Assembly (NCBI GenBank): GCA_050331735.1
Contig: JBHJGN010000055.1
Coordinates: 1-64,000, forward strand
DNA from: Cyanophyceae cyanobacterium
Lineage (GTDB): Bacteria; Cyanobacteriota; Cyanobacteriia; Cyanobacteriales; JBHJGN01
Length of the DNA stretch: 64,000 nt
Direction of reading: 5' to 3'
In this document: piece by piece, positions 38,426-49,256 of the stretch
How the letters are laid out: every line of letters starts with the position of its first letter
Position numbering within the stretch: the stretch's first letter is position 1
The notes under the pieces: model-generated
What the model was told of the DNA's origin: nothing
Databases searched by the model: none
Seen by the model: the letters and a program-made list of their open reading frames with translations, nothing else
Position numbers and translations under genes: made by a program

Positions 38426-41201
38426 GCCTCTGGCGTTGATACCATTGAGCGATCAGCTTTTCTAGCTCGATCCACACAAACATCAAGGCACTAAAGCCAC
38501 AGCAAATTGCCAGCTCTAGCGGGCTGAGCCAGTGAGTGCCGAAAAAGTTCCGCAGGGGAGCTACGTAAATCAGCATTAGCTGTAAGAGGGTGGTGATGGT
38601 GACGGCAGCAAGCAGATAGAGATTGGAAGCGGGATTAAGCTTGAGGGTTAGCTGCGTATCCGAGCGAATGGCGATCGCATGTCCCATTTGGGCTAAACAG
38701 AGGGTGGTAAACACCATCGTTTTCCAGCGGTCTAATTCTCCACCGACGCTGTGGGTATAGCTATAGGCCCACACCATCAGCGCAATGGTTAACACAGCAA
38801 AAATAATTCCAATCCGCACCATATACAGCCCCAAGCCGCGAGCAAAAATGCTCTCGCGGGGTTCGTAGGGAGGGCGCTTCATGGTGTTGGGCTGGGCAGG
38901 CTCCATGGCCAGGGCTAAAGCCGGCAAGCCGTCAGTCACCAGGTTCATCCACAGAATTTGCAGCGGCACCAGGGGCACACCCCCTAATCCAATCAGCGGG
39001 GCAGCGGCAATGGTGAGGACTTCGCCGATATTGCTGCCCAAAATGTATTTGATGAAGCGACGAATGTTGCCATAAACCACTCGACCTTCCTCCACGGCGC
39101 GGACAATCGTGGCAAAGTTGTCGTCGAGCAGAATCATGTCGCTGGCTTCTTTACTCACGTCCGTTCCGGTAATGCCCATAGCGATGCCGATATCTGCCTG
39201 CTTCAGGGCCGGAGCATCATTCACGCCGTCCCCCGTCATCGCCACAAATTCCCCCCGCTTCTGAAGCGCCTGGACAATGCGCAGCTTGTGTTCGGGAGAA
39301 ACGCGGGCGTACACGCTGACCCGGTGTACCTGCTGCTCAAGCTCAAGCTGACTCAGGCGTTCGAGTTCCTGACCTACCAAGACCGCATCCCCCTTCTGAG
39401 CAATGCCTAAGTCGTGGGCGATCGCTTCTGCGGTCAGCCGATGGTCGCCAGTAATCATGACCGGACGAATCCCGGCCCCGCGACACTGCATCACCGCATT
39501 CCTCACTTCCGGGCGCGGCGCGTCGAGCATGCCTACCAGTCCTAGCCAGACAAGCTGCTGCTCTGCCGCTTCTAAGGCATCGGCTGCGGGTAAGGAGAGA
39601 AGCTGCTGATGGGCTAACCCCAACACCCGCAGTCCGCGTCCCGCCATCTCGTCGTTTGTCCGCAGAATCTGATTCCGCACCTCCTGAGATAGCGGGATGG
39701 CTTCCTCCCCCACCTGATAGGATTGACAGCGCTCCAGCACCAGCTCTGGCGAGCCTTTCGTGTACATTTGTAGGGTGCTGTTTTGGCAGATAACGCTCAT
39801 GCGCTTGCGTTCCGAGGAAAACGGAATTTCGGCCACGCGCTGCCACTGCTGGTCTAACGGCTCCTTAAACACCCCCGCTTTCCCGGCTAACGTCAGCAGC
39901 GCTCCTTCAGTGGGGTCTCCGATAATCGTCCACTCCTCTTGCTGCTGAAGCTGAGCGTCGTTGCAAAGAACGCAGGCGAACAGCAGAGTTTGCAGATCCG
40001 CGTAGTCTGCTAGCTGCTGGCGCTTTTCTAAATGCGGCAGGTGGAATTCCCCAACGGGGGCGTATCCTCTCCCGGTTACTTTAAAGGTGTGGCTTCCCGT
40101 GGAGACAGTTTGCACCACCATCTTGTTTTGAGTCAGCGTTCCCGTCTTGTCCGAGCAGATTGTCGTCACCGACCCCAGGGTTTCTACCGCTGGCAGTCGG
40201 CGAATCAGGGCTTGGCGGCGCACCATGCGCTGAGTGCCAATGGCGAGAGTAACCGTGACAACGGCTGGCAATCCTTCGGGGACCACCGCCACTGCCATAC
40301 TCAAGGACACCTCCAGCAGTTCGTCGAAAAAGGCGAGGCGACCCGTGCGCAGAATGCCTCCCACCACCACCAACACCACCAGCACGAGCGAACTACTCAC
40401 TAAAACGTTCCCTAGCTGCGTCATCCGCTGCTGAAGAGGAGTCGGTTCGCTTTCTACCGACTGAATCATGGCGGCAATGCGTCCTAGTTCCGTTTCCATG
40501 CCGATATTGGTCACCAGGACTTTGCCGCGTCCCTGTAATACCTCTGTCCCCTGATAGACGGAGTTGATGCGCTCTCCTAACGGGACTCCTTCATCGAGCT
40601 GCACATGCGGCTGTTTGACAACGGCTTCGGCTTCGCCTGTCAGGGCAGCTTCGCGCACCTGGAGGTTGTACGCCTCCAGCAGACGACCATCGGCGGCAAT
40701 CTGCACTCCGGCTTCAAGCCGCATCACGTCTCCCGGCACTAATTCTTTCCCCGTCACTTCCCTCGTTATGCCGTCTCGGATCACCCGCACCCGGGGAGAA
40801 GACAGACGCTTGAGGGCAGCTAGGGCTTTCTCCGCGCGGCTTTCTTGCCAGTATCCCAATACGCCATTGAGAATCACAATTGCCATAATTGCGATCGCAT
40901 CTTTTGGAAATACCCTCTCTTGGAGATCCAGCACCGCCGACACCACAGCCACCGCGATCAGCATCACCAGCATAATGTTGGTAAACTGATCCCACAGAAT
41001 GACTAAGGGATGACGACCCGTTTTTTCGATGATTTCGTTGGCACCGTAGTACTGTTGCCGTTGATTGACCTGCTGAGTGGTTAACCCCTCCTCAGCATCG
41101 CTTTGTAGCCCCTGTAACGCTTGCTCAACCTCAGTTGTCTGCCATGCCCTCGCCGTTTCTGGTGGAGTTTGAGCAGGCATAGATGAAGTGGTGGGAGCCA
41201 T
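38385..41201 (-). CDS. Cation-transporting P-type ATPase (P2, Ca2+-type)
   Basis: [38 protein letters not shown]. Confidence 0.95.
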   Translation of the reverse strand: MAPTTSSMPAQTPPETARAWQTTEVEQALQGLQSDAEEGLTTQQVNQRQQYYGANEIIEKTGRHPLVILWDQFTNIMLVMLIAVAVVSAVLDLQERVFPKDAIAIMAIVILNGVLGYWQESRAEKALAALKRLSSPRVRVIRDGITREVTGKELVPGDVMRLEAGVQIAADGRLLEAYNLQVREAALTGEAEAVVKQPHVQLDEGVPLGERINSVYQGTEVLQGRGKVLVTNIGMETELGRIAAMIQSVESEPTPLQQRMTQLGNVLVSSSLVLVVLVVVGGILRTGRLAFFDELLEVSLSMAVAVVPEGLPAVVTVTLAIGTQRMVRRQALIRRLPAVETLGSVTTICSDKTGTLTQNKMVVQTVSTGSHTFKVTGRGYAPVGEFHLPHLEKRQQLADYADLQTLLFACVLCNDAQLQQQEEWTIIGDPTEGALLTLAGKAGVFKEPLDQQWQRVAEIPFSSERKRMSVICQNSTLQMYTKGSPELVLERCQSYQVGEEAIPLSQEVRNQILRTNDEMAGRGLRVLGLAHQQLLSLPAADALEAAEQQLVWLGLVGMLDAPRPEVRNAVMQCRGAGIRPVMITGDHRLTAEAIAHDLGIAQKGDAVLVGQELERLSQLELEQQVHRVSVYARVSPEHKLRIVQALQKRGEFVAMTGDGVNDAPALKQADIGIAMGITGTDVSKEASDMILLDDNFATIVRAVEEGRVVYGNIRRFIKYILGSNIGEVLTIAAAPLIGLGGVPLVPLQILWMNLVTDGLPALALAMEPAQPNTMKRPPYEPRESIFARGLGLYMVRIGIIFAVLTIALMVWAYSYTHSVGGELDRWKTMVFTTLCLAQMGHAIAIRSDTQLTLKLNPASNLYLLAAVTITTLLQLMLIYVAPLRNFFGTHWLSPLELAICCGFSALMFVWIELEKLIAQWYQRQRHGKRGSAAGAGKG

Positions 41202-41323
41202 AGTGTCCAGTCATTCCTTTTTAAACTATTGTTGTCAGCATAAAAGGCGTGAGGTTAAAACAGCTTAAGGATACTGCTCTTTTTCCTCGGCCCGTTCTCA
41301 AAAGACTTAACTAAAGGCAGATA

Positions 41324-41355
41324 ATAAAAAGCTGCCTGCGATTGTGACAGGCAGA
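41324..41355 (-). terminator. Rho-independent terminator of the small lipoprotein gene
   Basis: ctgcctg...caggcag stem followed by a T-run on the - strand. Confidence 0.7.
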
Positions 41356-41380
41356 TTTATCTCAATACAGTAATAGAGAC

Positions 41381-41539
41381 TTACTCAGCTTCTTCGGTTT
41401 CCGGGGTCACGGGTTCCGATTCGGGCGCGACTTCTGTTTCAGGGGTTTCAGCGGGGTCTTCGGTTCCTGTTTCAGAGCAGGCACCGATACTAAGAGAAAG
41501 AGCGATCACTAGGGCGGGAATCAGGGCAAGACGTTTCAT
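41381..41539 (-). CDS. 52-aa acidic lipoprotein (not in ORF track)
   Basis: MKRLALIPALVIALSLSIGA-CSETGTEDPAETPETEVAPESEPVTPETEEAE; lipobox IGAC, GGAG RBS, own terminator. Confidence 0.85.
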   Translation of the reverse strand: MKRLALIPALVIALSLSIGACSETGTEDPAETPETEVAPESEPVTPETEEAE

Positions 41540-42011
41540 GGTTAATCTCCAAAATAAATAGATTTAAAAATTTACTGGTCCGTATTCCCCCAGCTCCAGT
41601 TGAAGCTAAAGGAAACGGAACCGTAAGCAGTTCCTAGCCCCTGGCTTCCAAAGCCCTGACTCAGCAGAACTTCAGAACCTGACAACTAGTACTCAAACTT
41701 TCCTATGGCTTAGGCTTGCAGACAGCGTAGAGGTTGCAACCTGGCTGTACTCTCTCGGACGGCTGGAAGAAAGTACTGAGCTATAAAAGACTAGAGATGA
41801 CAGATCATATGCGACAAATCCGCCTCCTGCGGGGGAAGATGACAAGAATAACTTCCTAGCCGATAATCATAGCTCAAAAAAATATTTTCAGCGCGATCAA
41901 TTTGTCCTGCGCTGTTAGGCCCCGATAGGAAACGCCCAGGGATACAGGGGGAAGAAAAACCCATTCCCCTTTTCCCTTTCCCCCTTACCCTTTCCCCGTC
42001 GCGGAGCGACC

Positions 42012-44000
42012 TTACTTAAGGTCGGCGATCGCATTCTTGGTCATGGCGGCGATCGCCTGATCGGTAGCTTTAGGTAGCTGATAGTACTTGCCTCCGGCTT
42101 GCTGAGCCAGTTCTTTGCCAAACCCGGTAGACACAAACTTGCGCTCGGTATCGATGACCAGCAGGCTCATGCCTAGTCCGCGAATGCGAGCGGCAATGTC
42201 GAGCAGTTCGGCTTTGATGTCTGGCTTTTCGCCTTCGCTCAGTTCCCCTAAAGAACGGGCCAGGGGAATATTTCCCCGTCCATCGGTAATCGCCACAATC
42301 ACCACCTGACCAATATCCCCAGACATCTTCGCATTCATGCCAACGTGAACGGCCTGCGTTAAGCCATGAGCGAGGGGAGAACCGCCGCCACAGGGCAGCG
42401 TTTCTAAACGACTTCGCGCTAATGAAATCGAGCGCGTCGGCGGCAGCAGCACGTCGGCTCGTTCTCCCCGAAAGGGAATCAGCGCCACCTGATCTCGGTT
42501 TTCATAGGCTTCGGTGAGCAGCCGCAGTACTGCGCCTTTGGCTGACTGCATTCGATTCAGCGCCATCGAGCCAGAGGCATCGACCACAAACACAATCAGC
42601 GCTCCGGCTTTGCGGGCTAATCGCTTCGAGCGTAAGTCCGACTGTTCCACCACTACCCGTCGCTGGGGCTGTCGCTGTCGCCGGGACTTTTGGTAGGGAG
42701 CCGCCGCTCGTAGGGTGGCATCGACCGCAATGCGTTTGACTTTTCCGCGCGGCAGCATGGGCTTGACGTAGCGTCCGCGATCCTCAGAAAAGATCGTGCT
42801 GCGGCTGCCGCTTTTGCCCTGTCGCTGCGCCATCTGCGCAAAGTACAGTACGGTTGGATCGAGCACGACCCCTTCTGAGTCGAACACAAATTCTTCCGGG
42901 ATACCGGGAGGTTCTTGCTCCGACTCCTCTTCCTCTTGCTCTTCTTGTTCTGGTTCCTGCTGGGATGGCTCCTGGGGCGGTTCCGGCGGCGGTGGCGGCG
43001 GTGGCGGCTCTGGGGGAGTTTGAATTTGGGTCGAGCGCGGCACGATGACTAGCTCCACCGCTCGCCGCAGATCTTCTGCCACCACGTGATCGCGTCCTTC
43101 GAGGGCAGCGGCGGCTTTGGCAACCCGCACCGCAAAAATTTCGGCCCGGTGGCCCTCAACCCCTCCCCGAATCGCTTCTTCTACCAAGTAGGCGATCTGG
43201 TCGTGGCTAATCTGCACGTCTTTGAGCCATTCCCGCGCCAGCACGATTTCAGTTTTAAGGTCGTCGGTTCCTGCGCTGTACTGCTCTAAAAACTGTCCGG
43301 CAGAGTTAGCGTAAGCTACTACCCGCTCCACCGCCTCCACGCGCTGATCGAGGGCCAGTACCCCGTCTGCCGAAAGCGTAATGGCGATACGGTCGAGGAG
43401 ATGCTCCCGCAGCGGTCCGGCTTCCGGGTTATAGGTGGCGATCAGAATCGGTTTGCATGGATGCTCAACGCTAATGCCTTCCCGCTCGATTTGGTTCCGT
43501 CCAGCAGTGAGTACGGCCAGCAGTTGGTTCGCAATCTGATCGTCGAGGAGGTTGATATCGTCGATGTAGAGGACGCCTCGGTGGGCCTGGGCCAGCAGTC
43601 CGGGCTGGAACACGGGTTCTCCGCGCTTCACCGACTGTTCCACATCTACAGACCCCAGCAGGCGGTCTTCGGTTACGCCGAGGGGAACCTGCACAAACGG
43701 AGCCGGAATCACTTCGGTCTGTGCCTTTTGATGGTATAGTTCCCGCGTCTGCTCGTCCCACTCTTCCGGTGCTGCCGGATCGCCGTTGCAGTAGGAACCC
43801 TTCACGACTTCAATGGGGGGGAGTAGAGTATGAATGGCTCGCGCCATCACGGATTTTGCCGTACCGCGACGACCGGCGATCGCCACACCCCCCAACCCCG
43901 GATCGACAGCAGCAAGCAGCAGGGCAAGCTTAATCGCTTCTTGCCCCACAATAGCGGTAAGGGGAAAACTAGTATTGGCAGGAATAGAAACGACAGGCAT
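42012..44000 (-). CDS. chlD: Magnesium chelatase subunit D
   Basis: [11 protein letters not shown] module, Pro/acidic linker, vWA DASGSM. Confidence 0.96.
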   Translation of the reverse strand: MPVVSIPANTSFPLTAIVGQEAIKLALLLAAVDPGLGGVAIAGRRGTAKSVMARAIHTLLPPIEVVKGSYCNGDPAAPEEWDEQTRELYHQKAQTEVIPAPFVQVPLGVTEDRLLGSVDVEQSVKRGEPVFQPGLLAQAHRGVLYIDDINLLDDQIANQLLAVLTAGRNQIEREGISVEHPCKPILIATYNPEAGPLREHLLDRIAITLSADGVLALDQRVEAVERVVAYANSAGQFLEQYSAGTDDLKTEIVLAREWLKDVQISHDQIAYLVEEAIRGGVEGHRAEIFAVRVAKAAAALEGRDHVVAEDLRRAVELVIVPRSTQIQTPPEPPPPPPPPEPPQEPSQQEPEQEEQEEEESEQEPPGIPEEFVFDSEGVVLDPTVLYFAQMAQRQGKSGSRSTIFSEDRGRYVKPMLPRGKVKRIAVDATLRAAAPYQKSRRQRQPQRRVVVEQSDLRSKRLARKAGALIVFVVDASGSMALNRMQSAKGAVLRLLTEAYENRDQVALIPFRGERADVLLPPTRSISLARSRLETLPCGGGSPLAHGLTQAVHVGMNAKMSGDIGQVVIVAITDGRGNIPLARSLGELSEGEKPDIKAELLDIAARIRGLGMSLLVIDTERKFVSTGFGKELAQQAGGKYYQLPKATDQAIAAMTKNAIADLK

Positions 44001-44093
44001 AGTTATTTGATCGCTGTTGATTGTTAATTGTCGGAGCGCGTTCCGAGGTCTTTTGAAACCGCTAGAATACCCGATCTTTATTGTTACTAAAGA

Positions 44094-45287
44094 TCACACT
44101 TCTCCGGCAACCTGGACTCGCAGCGGCAGAGTAATAGTGAAGGTCGTGCCTTCGCCCACCTGCGAGACAAGCTGAATGTCGCCCTGGAGTAGCTTGACTA
44201 GTTGCGAAACGATGGTTAATCCTAAACCAGTACTGTCTGGAGCATGATGACCATTAGACCTCGCTCGATAAAACGGAGCGAAAATTTTCTGCTGTTCTGC
44301 TGGCTCAATGCCAATTCCCGTATCGGAAATGGTAATGGATAGTTGGTTGTCTGTCAGCACTTCGCAGACCACTTTGACAAGGCCTGTCTCAGTGTAGCGA
44401 ATGGCGTTACTAATTAAATTAGTCAACACCTGCTGGAGTCGCAGAGCATCCGTGATCACTAACTTCGAGCTTAGAGCACAGGCAATACTAAGCTGCAAGC
44501 CTTTCTTTTCGGCGATTGGTTCTAATACCTCAATCACGCTGTTGATCACGGCACAGATATCTGTAGGAGCTGGTCGCAGCTTCATCTGTCCTGATTTGTA
44601 GCGGGAGACTTCAAGCGTATCATTGATCAGATGAAGGATTTGCCGACCATTCTGCATGACCTTCTCAATGTGCTTAAGATCAGCACAGGGTTTTCCTTCA
44701 ATCTGCTTCTTCTGCTGACGTAAAAACAGCTCTGAGTAGCCAATAATGGAAGTCAGTGGATTTTTCAGTTCGTGAGCGAGGTGGGAGAGATTGTCTTGGT
44801 GTGACTCGACAAAGCGCGTTAGCTCCTGATTAGTCAACTCTAGCTGATTTGATAGCTCTTCTAGATCCTGCAAGCGTTTTTGGGTGTAGTACTTAAAGCA
44901 AATGGCAATAATTTCATCAACTGTTGTATCAATAACTCGCACCGCTTCTAAGACTCCTGACACTGTTCCCGTCAGTAACTGAGGTTCAAGGTGAGAAAAA
45001 ATTGTCTGACGCAGAATGCGGTATTCTCTGGCCACTTCTTCAGGATCGTATCCCTGTTGCGCTCGCAAAGCACCGTGCTTGATGCTGCTCTGCACTAGCT
45101 CGCCAATATTACTCTCTTTCGATGAGAGGATGTTTGATAAGGTTTCAAGTACGCTGGGCAAACTATTGCGGACTGCTTCATAGGTAAGGTTGTTAGGAGA
45201 CTTAAGCCCACTATTTTGACGAACAGCTTCAACCCAATCTTGGATGATGAGGTCGGTCCTGTCTTTAAGTACTTGACTAAGATTCAT
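44094..45287 (-). CDS. Soluble sensor histidine kinase with RsbRD-N-like input domain
   Basis: AHELKNPL H-box, NLISNA, DTGIG, GLGL; N-terminal HG..RAQQGY. Confidence 0.88.
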   Translation of the reverse strand: MNLSQVLKDRTDLIIQDWVEAVRQNSGLKSPNNLTYEAVRNSLPSVLETLSNILSSKESNIGELVQSSIKHGALRAQQGYDPEEVAREYRILRQTIFSHLEPQLLTGTVSGVLEAVRVIDTTVDEIIAICFKYYTQKRLQDLEELSNQLELTNQELTRFVESHQDNLSHLAHELKNPLTSIIGYSELFLRQQKKQIEGKPCADLKHIEKVMQNGRQILHLINDTLEVSRYKSGQMKLRPAPTDICAVINSVIEVLEPIAEKKGLQLSIACALSSKLVITDALRLQQVLTNLISNAIRYTETGLVKVVCEVLTDNQLSITISDTGIGIEPAEQQKIFAPFYRARSNGHHAPDSTGLGLTIVSQLVKLLQGDIQLVSQVGEGTTFTITLPLRVQVAGEV

Positions 45288-45584
45288 AGACGACTTGGCT
45301 GGCGAGTACACTAATTCTGAACTCCGTTGAAACGAGTATCGTTGACAACAACTGGCAGCAGTGAAGACTTTCCCTCACAAAATACTGGGAAAAGCCTTTA
45401 AATTCTTGTCATTGTCATAACTTTTAAAAAAACTGAGTCATTCCTACTGCTTAATAACAGATCGTCAGGGTAGCAACTCAACTTCACATTGGCTTGATAA
45501 TTCTTCTCGTTAGCTATTAGCGATCGCGCTCTTGTCCTCCCTAAATTGTATAGTGGTATTCAAAGTGTCGTTTTTGAGAAGTGA

Positions 45585-46202
45585 ATGAACGATGGTGTAG
45601 CCGCCCAGTTTTTGAAGCAGGCTGACCCTATTTTAGGACAACTGATTGAAGGGAAACTGGCTAACGCTGAACGACCCCGCTCAGATTTACTGCCAGAACT
45701 AGCTAGGGCCATTATTGCTCAACAAATTTCGACCGCTGCTGCTGCCAGTATCTATCGCAGATTCATCCAGTTTTACGCTGATGCTCACGCGCCCCTCACG
45801 GCTGAGATGCTGCTGGCAACGCCACCGGAAAAGCTTCGCAGCTTAGGCATTTCTCGACCCAAGGTCAACTATTTATTGGATCTCGCCCAAAAAGTTCATC
45901 AGGGTTTACCGACTTTAGAAACTCTGGAGGCAATGGACGACGAAGACATCATTAAGACGCTTACCCAGGTCAAAGGCGTGGGACGCTGGACGGTACAGAT
46001 GCTGCTGATTTTTCGTCTTCAGCGACCCGATGTACTACCGGTAGATGATTTGGGCATTCGCAAAGCGGTACAAAAACTTTATCAGCTTGACGAACTACCT
46101 AGCCGCAAAACTTTAGAGCAGTTGGGACACAAGTGGAAACCCTATCGCAGTACCGCTAGCCGATATTTGTGGCAAAGCCTAAAAATAGTGAACAGTGACT
46201 AG
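45585..46202 (+). CDS. DNA-3-methyladenine glycosylase (HhH-GPD, AlkA-like)
   Basis: IIAQQIS, KGVGRWT, LPVDDLG, WKPYRS. Confidence 0.9.
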   Translation: MNDGVAAQFLKQADPILGQLIEGKLANAERPRSDLLPELARAIIAQQISTAAAASIYRRFIQFYADAHAPLTAEMLLATPPEKLRSLGISRPKVNYLLDLAQKVHQGLPTLETLEAMDDEDIIKTLTQVKGVGRWTVQMLLIFRLQRPDVLPVDDLGIRKAVQKLYQLDELPSRKTLEQLGHKWKPYRSTASRYLWQSLKIVNSD

Positions 46203-46360
46203 TAATCAGGGGAAGTCCCGACGGGACGGGGAAAGGGGAAGGGGAAATGCTGGCTGTTTTCTACCGTCTTTATTGCAGTAGAGCTTGGCAAATGGGGAGA
46301 TAGCGGTAGAATCTGTTAACAGATTCTTTGCCTATTGCGATCGCCTCTAACTGACTTGCC

Positions 46361-48115
46361 ATGACCATGAGTGAAGCCTTATTTCGCGTTGACAATTTGC
46401 GGGTTGCTTACCCTAGTCACTCTCCTCAAAAGCTTTGGGCTGTGGATGATGTGTCTTTTACGCTTAACCCTGGCGAACGGCTAGGGCTGGTGGGAGAATC
46501 GGGATGCGGTAAGTCAACGCTGGGGCGGGCAGCGATGCGGCTGCTGCCGCCTGGGAGCCAAATGGAAGGCAAAGTTTGGTATCAAGGGCAGTCGGTTTTT
46601 GCCCTCAGTCCTGCCCAGATGCGTCTGTTTCGCGGGGAAGTGGTGGCTTTGATCTTTCAAGATCCGATGACGCGCTTAGACCCGCTGATGACCATTGGAG
46701 CGCACTGCGTGGAAACCTTAAGGGCGCATCAGCCTCAGTTATCGCGTCGTCAGGCCAAGGAGAAAGCGATTGAAACCCTTGCCGCCGTGAAGATTCCGGC
46801 GAATCGCTGGGGTCAGTATCCCCACGAGTTTAGCGGCGGAATGCGACAGCGAGTGGCAATTGCGCTGGCTTTGCTGCTCAATCCAAAGCTGATCGTCGCC
46901 GATGAGCCTACCACTAGCCTTGATGTCACCATCGCTTCAGAAATTTTACAGGAACTGACGCGGCTGTGTCGCGAGCGTTCGCTGGCGCTGCTGCTGATTT
47001 CTCACGATTTGGCGATGGTAGGGGAATACTGCGATCGCCTTGCGGTGATGTACCAAGGCAAAGTGGTAGAAACGGGTACGACCCGCTCTATTTTCGACGC
47101 TCCTCAGCACGACTACACGAAGTCGCTGTTGCAGGCGGCACTACATATTCAAGTAACGGGGGATAGCGCCTGCGGCGCGGGGAAAGGGGAAAGGGGAAAC
47201 TGTCCCTCCGGGACGGGGAAGCGGTGCGACCCCGCGTCGGCGCAAGACGCAAGGGAACGCGCACCAAGACAGGGGGAAGGGGAAAAGGGGAAGGGATCTG
47301 CTCCGATTCTCCGGGTAGACAGGGTGCAGCAGTACTATACGTTAGAGGGCAATTTTGTTAAGCAACTGTTTGGAGGCGAGAAAACGGTTATTAAAGCCGT
47401 GGATGGCGTTAGTTTTGAGCTGCATCGCGGGGAGATTCTTGGATTAGTGGGAGAGTCGGGCTGCGGCAAAAGTACGCTCTCTCGCACAATATTACAGCTC
47501 GTTCGTCCCACGGCGGGTCGGGTCGAGTTTCTGGGACAGGAGATCGCGGCGCTGTCAGGAGCGCAACTTCGTCATCTGCGGCGACAGATGCAGATGGTGT
47601 TTCAAGATCCCCATGCCTGCCTCAATCCATTAATGAAGGTGGGGGATGGCATTGCCGATCCGCTGTTTATTCATGGTTTAGCAACTCCTGCTGAAGCGAA
47701 AAGCCAGGTTGAACAGATGCTAGAGCGAGTGGGGCTCACTCCTGTCGCTGACTACTATCGTCGCTATCCAGCGGATCTATCGGGGGGGCAGCAGCAGCGC
47801 GTGGCGATCGCCCGAGCTTTAATTACTCAGCCGCAACTCTTGATTTGTGATGAACCTGTCAGCATGCTGGATGCGAGCGTACAGACGCAGGTGTTAGAGC
47901 TGATGCTGGAATTAAAGAGGGAATTTGACCTCACCTACCTGTTTATTACCCACGATCTCTGGGTGGCTCGGTTCTTCTGCGATCGCATTGCCGTGATGAA
48001 TGCCGGCAAGATTGTTGAGCTTGACGCTACGGAGAGAATTTTTTCCAATCCACAGCATCCTTACACTCAAAAGCTCCTCGGGGCTGCCCCTCTCCTCTCT
48101 CAAAAAAGCTTATAA
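46361..48115 (+). CDS. Dipeptide/oligopeptide-type ABC ATPase (two NBDs) with repeat-derived linker
   Basis: Two GESGCGKST Walker A motifs, FSGGMRQR and LSGGQQQR. Confidence 0.93.
   Translation: MTMSEALFRVDNLRVAYPSHSPQKLWAVDDVSFTLNPGERLGLVGESGCGKSTLGRAAMRLLPPGSQMEGKVWYQGQSVFALSPAQMRLFRGEVVALIFQDPMTRLDPLMTIGAHCVETLRAHQPQLSRRQAKEKAIETLAAVKIPANRWGQYPHEFSGGMRQRVAIALALLLNPKLIVADEPTTSLDVTIASEILQELTRLCRERSLALLLISHDLAMVGEYCDRLAVMYQGKVVETGTTRSIFDAPQHDYTKSLLQAALHIQVTGDSACGAGKGERGNCPSGTGKRCDPASAQDARERAPRQGEGEKGKGSAPILRVDRVQQYYTLEGNFVKQLFGGEKTVIKAVDGVSFELHRGEILGLVGESGCGKSTLSRTILQLVRPTAGRVEFLGQEIAALSGAQLRHLRRQMQMVFQDPHACLNPLMKVGDGIADPLFIHGLATPAEAKSQVEQMLERVGLTPVADYYRRYPADLSGGQQQRVAIARALITQPQLLICDEPVSMLDASVQTQVLELMLELKREFDLTYLFITHDLWVARFFCDRIAVMNAGKIVELDATERIFSNPQHPYTQKLLGAAPLLSQKSL
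47158..47296 (+). repeat. In-frame repeat block including the 50-nt element (47221-47270)
   Basis: Same hairpins and heptamers as the intergenic blocks at 12530 and 50816. Confidence 0.9.
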
Positions 48116-48283
48116 AAGACTATTTGGGGGCGTTTTTTAAAGCTGAGATTAACTAGCTCTCGTTCTGTGTGAATTATCGATGAATTTGAAAGTTTGCTAG
48201 AGACATTCGCTCAAGCTCTGCCTATATTGAGATTAAGCAAAAGCGATGTCTAACTGATGCAAACACCAAGGAGCCAATCCAAA

Positions 48284-49021
48284 ATGAACACTAAGACTAT
48301 TTTACTACACGCTACTCTCGCTACCGCCACCGTTCTCGCTGTTTCTCCAGCTTACGCCTTTACCTTAAGCAAGGGTAGCGTCTTGTCCCTATCTGGTGAT
48401 GGGTCTGTAATAGAACACTATGGCAATGGCCCTCAAACTCCAACATCTGCCAATATATCCTTCCATGACATTCCTAATGAAGGACAAGGAAACTCAGTTT
48501 ACGCCTTCAAAATTGGAGCAGGAGGAGATTTTCAAAAGCTCTTCGACAGTAAATCTTTTTCTGATTCTGATGATGCAATTGCTGATTTACTACTAACATT
48601 CGCTAATCAGCATGATAACAATAACGATCCTATCTATAGTTTCTCTAAAACAGTACCTTTCATTGATTTTGGAGACGAAACCTTTAACGACGGCAATACA
48701 TCCGAAACCGGAAAATTAGTCTTTAATCTCAATCCCGGTCAATTTACCAGAACCGAGGAAAACGGAAATGTTGATTACGATACAGTCTCAATGAGCGGAG
48801 ATTTCGTGTTTACACCGACAGGTCAGCCTTCCTCGGCCTTTGCTGTAGGAACTGCCAGCGTAAACTTTGAAGAGGTAGATCCTGAAGTTGGCAGCTTTAA
48901 CATCGTTCTGAGAGTGGAAGAAGACACTCCGACCCAACCAGTTCCTGAACCTGGCGCACTACTCGGATTAGCTGCTACTTTTGGCTTCTTACCCTTTGCT
49001 AGAAAGAAGACGGTCGCTTAA
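48284..49021 (+). CDS. PEP-CTERM exported protein
   Basis: Signal peptide ending PAYA; VPEPGALLGL...ARKK; alternative start 48257. Confidence 0.87.
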   Translation: MNTKTILLHATLATATVLAVSPAYAFTLSKGSVLSLSGDGSVIEHYGNGPQTPTSANISFHDIPNEGQGNSVYAFKIGAGGDFQKLFDSKSFSDSDDAIADLLLTFANQHDNNNDPIYSFSKTVPFIDFGDETFNDGNTSETGKLVFNLNPGQFTRTEENGNVDYDTVSMSGDFVFTPTGQPSSAFAVGTASVNFEEVDPEVGSFNIVLRVEEDTPTQPVPEPGALLGLAATFGFLPFARKKTVA

Positions 49022-49101
49022 GCCAAGCTCCTGCAAAATAGCTCGTGACCCAAAGCACCGTCAGATTTTTCTAAATAGCTTGAAAAGATCGTACCGCATA
49101 A

Positions 49102-49128
49102 GAGCAGTAGATGGATAGTCTACTGCTC
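49102..49128 (+). terminator. Probable terminator hairpin
   Basis: gagcagtaga-tggatag-tctactgctc. Confidence 0.55.
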
Positions 49129-49256
49129 CTTATATATGTAATCATGCCTCCCTTTTCCCTTTCCCCCTTCCTCTTTCCCCGTCGCGGAGCGACTTGCTGT
49201 CTGCAGCCACTTTGTGGTGATAATGACAGGATAGGCAATGGTAAGAGGAAAAATTC

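Noticed and set aside
42915..43015. Pro/Glu low-complexity stretch in chlD
   Set aside because: Normal ChlD linker.
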